Positions 20,700 through 27,869 of a stretch of DNA of 32,000 bases are shown piece after piece. The translations under genes were made by a program, and so were the position numbers. This DNA comes from Vibrio vulnificus CMCP6 (lineage in GTDB: Bacteria > Pseudomonadota > Gammaproteobacteria > Enterobacterales > Vibrionaceae): assembly GCF_000039765.1 (NCBI RefSeq), contig NC_004459.3:1890001-1922000 (forward strand), written 5' to 3'. Numbering within the stretch: the stretch's first letter is position 1; each line of letters begins with the position of its first letter. The notes beneath the pieces are model-generated. The model was not told where the DNA came from. It saw nothing but the letters and a program-made list of their open reading frames with translations, and did not search any database.

Positions 20700-20987
20700 A
20701 TGGAATTGAGTCCTGTTTTCGCAAGGCGGCTGTATTTGGCCTTATTGGTGGAGAACCTTGAAAGGCCAAATGTGCCTAAGTTAATCGAAAAAACGGGGTG
20801 GCCTCGTCGTACTATTCAAGATGTACTGAAGGCGCTGCCGGGGATTGGAATCGAACTTATGTTTGTTCAAGATGGCCGACGTCATAATGATGGTTATTAC
20901 CAACTGTCAGACTGGGGACCATTTGATAGCCAATGGGTTATGGAACGTGAGAAAGATATCGCCAGCAGCCTTGGATTTCGTGCGTAA
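20700..20987 (+). CDS. Winged helix-turn-helix domain protein, conserved hypothetical
   Basis: MELSPVFARRLYLALLVENLERPNVPKLIEKTGWPRRTIQDVLKAL, HTH-like; strong SD aggaggt 7 nt before ATG. Confidence 0.75.
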   Translation: MELSPVFARRLYLALLVENLERPNVPKLIEKTGWPRRTIQDVLKALPGIGIELMFVQDGRRHNDGYYQLSDWGPFDSQWVMEREKDIASSLGFRA

Positions 20988-21010
20988 GCCAGCATTCGCT
21001 GGCTTTTTTT
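20986..21010. terminator. Bidirectional terminator between converging ORFs
   Basis: aagccagc-attc-gctggctt followed by T-run. Confidence 0.8.
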
Positions 21011-21341
21011 ATTGGCAGCGATAAGCGGTGCCAAGCAAGCTAAAAGAGGTGACAAACGCCTGCGGTGCAATGACGAAGATGGTGTCTGCATCTAATTCTT
21101 TGGCATTGTTTTTCAAATCATTGACCGCTCCCTGCATCATGGTGTCATTGCTGAAGAAGAGATAGCTATACCAATGACCTTCATTTCCTGTCACCGTGCC
21201 AAGATACTGACAATGTTTAGGATTAAACTGGTCATCAATGCGGATTTCGATTGCTTGTGAGCCGGAAAGTGGCAGATGGGTTGGGGTGGTACACCCTGCT
21301 AAAAACAGGCTAGCAAGTAACAATAAGCCGATGTTTTTCAT
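21009..21341 (-). CDS. Small lipoprotein, DUF4156-like
   Basis: Lipobox LLASLFLAGC; 110 aa. Confidence 0.7.
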   Translation of the reverse strand: MKNIGLLLLASLFLAGCTTPTHLPLSGSQAIEIRIDDQFNPKHCQYLGTVTGNEGHWYSYLFFSNDTMMQGAVNDLKNNAKELDADTIFVIAPQAFVTSFSLLGTAYRCQ

Positions 21342-21342
21342 A

Positions 21343-21705
21343 TTATTTCCTCATCATGGCGTAAACAATAAAACCCAACCAGCTAACAATCAGCAGCCCC
21401 CAAGGAAGTATACGTACAAATTGGCTTGGTGTTGGGGGCGTTGCTTGAGTGTCGAATATTTCGTCTTCAGTCGAGCTCTGTTGCTCTTTGCTTTTATCGC
21501 GTAATTGCTTCTTACGCATTTTGTCCGCTTGACGATGCTTCTCTTTTTGCTGCTTTTTATAAAGCGCGATGCCTTTCTCAATGCCTTGTGCGATCAGTTT
21601 GGTTTGTTCTTTGGTTTGCCCAGGCTTTTGTGTCGCTCTAGCGATTTTGAGTGCTTCTTGCTGAGATTCTGGTGACGGTGTGATTGTGTGGTGTTTCATC
21701 ATCAT
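21343..21705 (-). CDS. Conserved hypothetical, highly basic with C-terminal membrane segment (DUF2956-like)
   Basis: 120 aa; K/Q-rich charged region followed by ILPWGLLIVSWLGFIVYAMM. Confidence 0.65.
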   Translation of the reverse strand: MMMKHHTITPSPESQQEALKIARATQKPGQTKEQTKLIAQGIEKGIALYKKQQKEKHRQADKMRKKQLRDKSKEQQSSTEDEIFDTQATPPTPSQFVRILPWGLLIVSWLGFIVYAMMRK

Positions 21706-21807
21706 AAGTCTGCTGTAAAAGAGATGGCATTAGTCTAACCTTTGCGGGTTACTAATTGAATCATTTGCGTTAAAGTGTCGCGAGTCCCATTGATTAAGAT
21801 TTAGATT

Positions 21808-22284
21808 TTGCGATATTCGATAGATCATTATGACAACCAAGGTTATCTCAAAGCGCCTTTGTTGCTTTGGTTTGGTTGGTTTTTTTTAGCCCGAGCTTGG
21901 GTGGTCTTTGCTGGTGCAGGGGCAAGCCGCGAGAGTGGCGGCAAGATCTTGCAAATTGTTTACCCTGATAACCATACCCTCTATTTAGGTCTTCTGATTG
22001 GCATTCCAAGTGTTTTGCTGATGTGGATTATGGGATTGAGAAAGCCCGGCCGCCAATGGATTGATAAACTGACCAACTATGGACGGGGTTTCACCTTATG
22101 TTTGGTGTTAGGGCAAATTGTGCAGACGACCTACCATGTTTATCTGGAACATGGCGAGTTTAGCTGGACCAATGGGTTAACCCTATTAATACTACTTTGG
22201 TTTGGTATTTACGTATTCAATAGTCAGTGGGTAAAAGATTGTTTTCATGTCCCTAATTTACCCACAGACGACAACCTTAACTGA
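21808..22284 (+). CDS. Membrane protein, DUF2919-like (YfeZ)
   Basis: 158 aa with multiple hydrophobic segments; located next to the Dyp peroxidase. Confidence 0.65.
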   Translation: MRYSIDHYDNQGYLKAPLLLWFGWFFLARAWVVFAGAGASRESGGKILQIVYPDNHTLYLGLLIGIPSVLLMWIMGLRKPGRQWIDKLTNYGRGFTLCLVLGQIVQTTYHVYLEHGEFSWTNGLTLLILLWFGIYVFNSQWVKDCFHVPNLPTDDNLN

Positions 22285-22346
22285 CGATCATCAATAATTA
22301 TCCGTCAGTTTCGCCCTACACTGGGGGCAAAAAAGAGGAGTTTATT

Positions 22347-23249
22347 ATGTCACTTGCTCAAACGGCGATTCTGCCAGAAGCGGGCCCATTCGCGTTATAC
22401 ACTTTGCTTAAAATCAACCACAATCCAGCAAAGGTATTGGCTCAATTACAATCACTGCCAGCATTGGTTGAAGAGCTCAATCAATCTCAGCCTGATGCAG
22501 AGTTGACGCTTTCTATTGCGTTTAGCAAGTCGTTTTGGCAGCAATTGGATATGGCGATGCCAGCGGAGCTGATCGATTTCCCTGTATTGGGTGAAGGGGA
22601 GATTGTTGCGCCTTCAACGGATGTGGATGTGTTACTGCATTGTCATTCCAAACGTCATGACCTGCATTTCTACTTGCTGCGTAAACTGCTGTCAGAGGTT
22701 GCAGAAGATATTACTGTCGTCGATGAAACCTACGGGTATCGTTATCTTGATTCGCGCGATATGACCATGTTTGTTGATGGCACTGAAAATCCGAAAGCAG
22801 AAAAACGCGCGGAAGTGGCGTTGATCCCAGACGGTGAATTTGCTGGTGGCAGCTATGTTATGGTTCAGCGATTTGAGCACAACCTACCTGCTTGGAATCG
22901 ATTGAATGTGTCTGCTCAGGAGAAAGTGATTGGCCGCACCAAACCGGATTCTATTGAGCTGGACGATGTCCCTGCTGCCTCGCATGTTGGCCGAGTGGAC
23001 ATTAAAGAAGAAGGCAAAGGGCTTAAGATTGTTCGTCACAGCTTACCGTATGGCAGTGTGACTGGTTCGCATGGCTTGCTGTTTATCGCCTACTGCCACA
23101 CATTGCACAATTTCAAAGCGATGCTTGAGAGCATGTATGGTGTCACTGACGGTAAAACAGACCAATTGTTGCGTTTCACCAAAGCGGTCACCGGTGCGTA
23201 TTTCTTCGCGCCATCGAAAGAGATGCTGAGCGCATTAGCCGTAAAATAA
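22347..23249 (+). CDS. yfeX: Dyp-type peroxidase (YfeX family)
   Basis: MTMFVDGTENP (GxxDG-like motif), VGRTKPDSIELDD, IVRHSLPYGSVTGSHGLLFIAYCHT (proximal His region). Confidence 0.88.
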   Translation: MSLAQTAILPEAGPFALYTLLKINHNPAKVLAQLQSLPALVEELNQSQPDAELTLSIAFSKSFWQQLDMAMPAELIDFPVLGEGEIVAPSTDVDVLLHCHSKRHDLHFYLLRKLLSEVAEDITVVDETYGYRYLDSRDMTMFVDGTENPKAEKRAEVALIPDGEFAGGSYVMVQRFEHNLPAWNRLNVSAQEKVIGRTKPDSIELDDVPAASHVGRVDIKEEGKGLKIVRHSLPYGSVTGSHGLLFIAYCHTLHNFKAMLESMYGVTDGKTDQLLRFTKAVTGAYFFAPSKEMLSALAVK

Positions 23250-23266
23250 TCTGGCCGCTATTTTTG

Positions 23267-23298
23267 AAAGCCCTTCCTAATATGTGAAGGGCTTTTTT
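23267..23298 (+). terminator. Rho-independent terminator after yfeX
   Basis: aaagccctt ... aagggcttt followed by T-run. Confidence 0.75.
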
Positions 23299-23322
23299 AT
23301 TTGCCCTTGTTAAAAATAGCGC

Positions 23323-23349
23323 TAAACCTTTGACTGTTTTGGTCGATAA
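23323..23349 (+). promoter_or_regulatory. Sigma-28 (FliA) promoter for first flagellin
   Basis: TAAA-N15-GTCGATAA. Confidence 0.75.
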
Positions 23350-23382
23350 GTATCCAAAGCCTTAATTTCAGGACCAATATTT

Positions 23383-24516
23383 GTGGCGATCACCGTTAAT
23401 ACCAATGTGGCAGCACTTGTCGCACAGCGTCATTTGACCAGTGCAACCGACATGCTGAATCAATCCTTGGAGCGTTTGTCTTCAGGGAAGCGTATTAATA
23501 GTGCAAAAGACGATGCGGCAGGGCTGCAAATTTCGAATCGTCTTCAGTCGCAAATGCGTGGTTTAGATATCGCGGTGCGAAATGCCAATGATGGCATCTC
23601 CATTATGCAGACTGCGGAAGGGGCAATGAATGAAACCACTAATATTCTCCAAAGGATGCGTGATCTTTCATTGCAATCCGCCAATGGTTCCAATAGCTAT
23701 GCTGAAAGAATAGCCTTACAAGAAGAAATGACCGCGTTAAATGACGAGTTGAACCGTATCGCAGAAACCACCTCGTTCGGTGGGCGTAAATTGCTCAATG
23801 GTTCCTTTGGCTCGGCTGCCTTTCAGATAGGGGCAGCGTCAGGTGAAGCGGTGCAAGTGCAACTGAAGTCGATGCGCAGTGATGGTATTGATATGGGTGG
23901 CTTCAGTTACATTGCAAACGGACGTGCCCGTTCTGATTGGCAAGTAAAAGAGGGGGCGAATGCGCTTAGCATGTCATTCACGAATCGTTTTGGTGAAACA
24001 GAAACGATCCAAATTAATGCGAAAGCCGGCGATGATATCGAAGAGCTTGCGACCTACATTAATGGTCAGACTGACAAAGTCACGGCATCGGTGAATGAAG
24101 AAGGTCAGCTACAGTTGTTTATGGCCGGCGAAGAAACCTCAGGAACGTTATCGTTTTCAGGAGACTTAGCCAGTGAACTCGGTTTGCAACTAAAAGGTTA
24201 CGATGCGGTGGATAATATCGACATTACTTCTGTCGGTGGCGCTCAACAAGCAGTGGCTGTCCTTGATACCGCGATGAAATACGTCGATAGTCATCGTGCT
24301 GAGCTAGGGGCATATCAAAACCGCTTCAGCCATGCGATTAATAACCTCGACAACATCCACGAAAACTTGGCGACATCAAACAGTCGCATTCAAGATACAG
24401 ACTATGCGAAGGAAACCACGCGCATGGTCAAACAACAGATCCTACAGCAAGTCAGTACTTCTATTTTGGCGCAGGCGAAAAAAGGGCCGAATCTCGCGTT
24501 GACCTTGCTGGGATAA
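23383..24516 (+). CDS. flaF: Polar flagellin (FlaF-like)
   Basis: 377 aa, GTG start; conserved flagellin N and C termini ([18 protein letters not shown]..., ...[22 protein letters not shown]); first of three tandem flagellins upstream of flaG/fliD. Confidence 0.85.
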   Translation: MAITVNTNVAALVAQRHLTSATDMLNQSLERLSSGKRINSAKDDAAGLQISNRLQSQMRGLDIAVRNANDGISIMQTAEGAMNETTNILQRMRDLSLQSANGSNSYAERIALQEEMTALNDELNRIAETTSFGGRKLLNGSFGSAAFQIGAASGEAVQVQLKSMRSDGIDMGGFSYIANGRARSDWQVKEGANALSMSFTNRFGETETIQINAKAGDDIEELATYINGQTDKVTASVNEEGQLQLFMAGEETSGTLSFSGDLASELGLQLKGYDAVDNIDITSVGGAQQAVAVLDTAMKYVDSHRAELGAYQNRFSHAINNLDNIHENLATSNSRIQDTDYAKETTRMVKQQILQQVSTSILAQAKKGPNLALTLLG

Positions 24517-24529
24517 GCGCCGGAGTGAC

Positions 24530-24545
24530 TGGCACAGAGCTTGCG
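24530..24545 (+). promoter_or_regulatory. Sigma-54 type -24/-12 element in flaF-flaB intergenic region
   Basis: TGGCAC-agagc-TTGCG; matches TGGCACrNNNNTTGCw except the last base. Confidence 0.6.
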
Positions 24546-24715
24546 ATACAAAAGAGAGCAAGTAAGTAGGAGTGGGCTGGAAAAAAGTGAACAGCTCTTA
24601 TCGACAGGACCATTCAAATCTTTAGTCCTATTTTTGATGTTTTTATACTTTTTACCGCTTTAATCACGAAAACCCCTTCAAACAAACTTTTTTCAAAAAA
24701 ATCGCATTTTTTTCC

Positions 24716-24742
24716 TAAAGGATTTCCAAACCGAGCCGTTAA
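24716..24742 (+). promoter_or_regulatory. Sigma-28 (FliA) promoter for second flagellin
   Basis: TAAA-N15-GCCGTTAA, 82 bp upstream of ATG. Confidence 0.8.
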
Positions 24743-24768
24743 TAGAAATAACTTTGAGAGAACTACTT

Positions 24769-24805
24769 GGTTTTCCGAGACGTCGGAAACCGTAATATCG
24801 GAAAA
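24769..24805 (+). promoter_or_regulatory. Leader hairpin region of second flagellin with two alternative pairings
   Basis: TTTTCCGA (24771-24778) can pair with TCGGAAACC (24783-24791, with GGTTTTCCGA, one bulge) or with TCGGAAAA (24798-24805). Confidence 0.5.
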
Positions 24806-24823
24806 TCAATTGGAGAATTCATC

Positions 24824-25957
24824 ATGGCAGTGAATGTAAATACAAACGTAGCAGCAATGACAGCACAGCGTTACCTGAATAACGCAAACAGCGCACAACA
24901 AACTTCGATGGAGCGTCTGTCTTCAGGTTTCAAAATCAACAGTGCAAAAGATGACGCAGCCGGTCTGCAAATCTCTAACCGCTTGAACGTACAAAGTCGC
25001 GGTCTAGACGTTGCGGTACGTAACGCCAACGACGGTATCTCAATCGCACAAACCGCAGAAGGTGCGATGAACGAGACCACCAACATCCTACAACGTATGC
25101 GTGACCTATCTCTACAATCCGCGAACGGCTCAAACTCAAAATCAGAGCGCGTGGCGATTCAAGAAGAAGTGACAGCATTGAATGACGAGCTAAACCGTAT
25201 TGCAGAAACCACGTCTTTTGGTGGTAACAAGCTGCTAAACGGTACTTACGGCACGAAAGCAATGCAAATTGGTGCGGATAACGGTGAAGCGGTCATGCTT
25301 TCACTGAAAGACATGCGCTCTGACAACGTGATGATGGGCGGCGTGAGCTACCAAGCTGAAGAAGGCAAAGACAAGAACTGGAATGTGGCCGCAGGCGACA
25401 ACGACTTGACGATTGCACTGACAGACAGCTTTGGTAACGAGCAAGAGATCGAAATCAACGCGAAAGCGGGTGATGACATCGAAGAGCTAGCGACGTACAT
25501 CAACGGTCAAACTGACCTTGTAAAAGCGTCAGTGGGTGAAGGCGGCAAGCTACAGATCTTTGCTGGTAACAACAAAGTTCAAGGTGAAATTGCTTTCTCA
25601 GGTAGCCTAGCTGGTGAACTTGGCCTAGGCGAAGGCAAAAACGTCACGGTAGACACGATTGACGTGACAACCGTACAAGGTGCGCAAGAGTCGGTAGCGA
25701 TTGTGGATGCGGCACTGAAATACGTAGACAGCCACCGTGCAGAGCTGGGTGCATTCCAGAACCGTTTCAACCATGCAATCAGCAACTTGGACAACATCAA
25801 CGAAAACGTGAACGCGTCGAAGAGCCGAATCAAAGATACCGACTTCGCGAAAGAAACGACTCAGTTGACCAAGACACAAATTCTATCGCAAGCATCAAGT
25901 TCCATTCTTGCGCAAGCGAAACAAGCGCCAAACTCAGCGCTAAGTCTACTAGGCTAA
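24824..25957 (+). CDS. flaB: Polar flagellin (FlaB-like)
   Basis: 377 aa [36 protein letters not shown]...; ATG at 24824 with SD ttggagaa. Confidence 0.88.
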   Translation: MAVNVNTNVAAMTAQRYLNNANSAQQTSMERLSSGFKINSAKDDAAGLQISNRLNVQSRGLDVAVRNANDGISIAQTAEGAMNETTNILQRMRDLSLQSANGSNSKSERVAIQEEVTALNDELNRIAETTSFGGNKLLNGTYGTKAMQIGADNGEAVMLSLKDMRSDNVMMGGVSYQAEEGKDKNWNVAAGDNDLTIALTDSFGNEQEIEINAKAGDDIEELATYINGQTDLVKASVGEGGKLQIFAGNNKVQGEIAFSGSLAGELGLGEGKNVTVDTIDVTTVQGAQESVAIVDAALKYVDSHRAELGAFQNRFNHAISNLDNINENVNASKSRIKDTDFAKETTQLTKTQILSQASSSILAQAKQAPNSALSLLG

Positions 25958-26010
25958 TCGCCTTAACTAGACAGAAATCTCATTGGCTCGTGGTGAGAGA
26001 TGAGCGAGTA

Positions 26011-26037
26011 AAGCCTGACTTCGGTCAGGCTTTTTTT
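26011..26037 (+). terminator. Rho-independent terminator after second flagellin
   Basis: aagcctgac-ttcg-gtcaggctt then T-run. Confidence 0.9.
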
Positions 26038-26112
26038 ATGCGCTATTATTTAGGGAGAAGTCACACTTTTTAACCCAACCAAAGAAATATTAAAAAAAAC
26101 GAAAAATTCTCC

Positions 26113-26139
26113 TAAAGGTATTCTTTTGGTGGCCGTTAA
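26113..26139 (+). promoter_or_regulatory. Sigma-28 (FliA) promoter for third flagellin
   Basis: TAAA-N15-GCCGTTAA, 81 bp upstream of ATG. Confidence 0.8.
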
Positions 26140-26219
26140 AGGACTGAGAGAAATGAGATGTACCAAAGTGAGGTGAGAGACACGATGGTGCATCAGCAAA
26201 AAGCCTAAGGAGATCATTT

Positions 26220-27350
26220 ATGGCTATCAATGTAAACACTAACGTGTCAGCAATGACCGCACAGCGTTACCTAAACCAGGCCGCTGAAGGTCAACAAAAA
26301 TCAATGGAGCGTTTGTCTTCGGGCTATAAAATCAATAGCGCGAAAGATGATGCTGCAGGTCTACAAATTTCTAACCGTTTGAACTCGCAAAGCCGTGGTC
26401 TCGACATGGCGGTTAAAAATGCCAACGATGGTATCTCTATTGCACAGACTGCTGAAGGTGCAATGACAGAGACCACCAACATCCTACAACGTATGCGTGA
26501 CCTTGCCTTGCAATCGTCTAACGGTTCGAACTCTCGTTCTGAACGCGTGGCGATTCAAGAAGAAGTGTCAGCGTTGAACCAAGAACTTAACCGTATCGCA
26601 GAGACAACCTCTTTTGGTGGTAACAAACTCCTTAACGGTACGTACGGTTCTCAATCTTTCCAAATCGGTGCTGACTCTGGTGAAGCTGTGATGCTTTCTA
26701 TGGGTAACCTTCGTTCAGATACAGACGCGATGGGCGGCTTGAGCTACAAATCTGAAGAAGGCGTAGGCGCAGATTGGCGTGTAAGCGACAACACTGACTT
26801 CACGATGTCTTATGTGAATAAGCAAGGTGAAGAAAAAGAGATCACAGTCAACGCCAAAGCGGGTGACGATCTTGAAGAACTGGCGACTTACATCAACGGT
26901 CAAAACGATGATGTGAAAGCGTCGGTCGGTGAAGGCGGCAAACTGCAGCTATTCGCTTCTAACCAACGTGTAGAAGGTGAAGTGGAATTCGGTGGTGGTC
27001 TAGCGTCTGAGTTGAACATTGGTGATGGCACCAAAACCAATGTGAGCAACATTGATGTCACGACGGTTGCTGGCTCTCAAGAAGCAGTAGCGATCATTGA
27101 TGGCGCATTGAAATCGGTAGACAGTGAGCGTGCCTCTCTAGGTGCATTCCAAAACCGTTTCAACCATGCAATCAGCAACCTAAGCAACATCAATGAGAAC
27201 GTAAACGCTTCGAGCAGCCGTATCAAGGATACCGACTACGCGAAAGAAACGACTCAGATGACTAAGACGCAAATTCTGCAGCAGGCGAGTACTTCTATCC
27301 TGGCGCAGGCGAAGCAGTCACCATCTGCAGCTCTTAGCTTGTTGGGCTAA
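26220..27350 (+). CDS. flaA: Polar flagellin (FlaA-like)
   Basis: 376 aa [37 protein letters not shown]...; third tandem flagellin. Confidence 0.88.
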   Translation: MAINVNTNVSAMTAQRYLNQAAEGQQKSMERLSSGYKINSAKDDAAGLQISNRLNSQSRGLDMAVKNANDGISIAQTAEGAMTETTNILQRMRDLALQSSNGSNSRSERVAIQEEVSALNQELNRIAETTSFGGNKLLNGTYGSQSFQIGADSGEAVMLSMGNLRSDTDAMGGLSYKSEEGVGADWRVSDNTDFTMSYVNKQGEEKEITVNAKAGDDLEELATYINGQNDDVKASVGEGGKLQLFASNQRVEGEVEFGGGLASELNIGDGTKTNVSNIDVTTVAGSQEAVAIIDGALKSVDSERASLGAFQNRFNHAISNLSNINENVNASSSRIKDTDYAKETTQMTKTQILQQASTSILAQAKQSPSAALSLLG

Positions 27351-27420
27351 TACAGCGGCGTGAGCTTAGCTGTACGGTAGTTTACTACTCATAGCTCATA
27401 GAGGTGGAAGGGAGATTGTT

Positions 27421-27849
27421 ATGGAAATACCATCCTACACATCGAACATCCAGCCTTACGGCTTGCAAAGTGGCACAAAAGTTGCTTATGAAAAAAGCGG
27501 TGGCGTGCCTAGTGTATCGGTCGAAAAAGGCAACCCTTCATCGGAAACGGTGAAAAAGAACGACGTGAATCTAACGGTTGAAGCGGCAGTAAAAATGGCG
27601 CAAGCTCGTCAGGAGCTCAACAGAGAAGAGAAACTGAGAATGGTGGAAAAGATGAATGAATTTATCTCTTCCATCAATAAAGGGTTATCTTTTAGAGTAG
27701 ACGAAGAGTCTGGGAGAGACGTAGTGACGATTTATGAAGCCAAAACAGGCGACATCATACGTCAAATCCCAGATGAAGATATGCTGGACGTATTTAGACG
27801 CTTAGCCGCGCAAGCTACCAGCTCTGGTTTGCTGGTAGACAAAGTGTAA
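27421..27849 (+). CDS. flaG: Flagellar protein FlaG
   Basis: 142 aa; C-terminal FlaG-type segment LSFRVDEESGRDVVTIYEAKTGDIIRQIPDEDMLDVFRRL. Confidence 0.92.
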   Translation: MEIPSYTSNIQPYGLQSGTKVAYEKSGGVPSVSVEKGNPSSETVKKNDVNLTVEAAVKMAQARQELNREEKLRMVEKMNEFISSINKGLSFRVDEESGRDVVTIYEAKTGDIIRQIPDEDMLDVFRRLAAQATSSGLLVDKV

Positions 27850-27869
27850 GTCGTTATTGAGGTGATTTG

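Noticed and set aside
24871-25879. Minus-strand ORFs opposite the second flagellin
   Set aside because: Shadow ORFs from biased codon usage in a highly expressed gene.
23383-27350. Tandem flagellins considered as a phase-variation or invertible cassette
   Set aside because: All three genes are in the same orientation, intact and each has its own promoter; no flanking inverted repeats or recombinase gene in the window.
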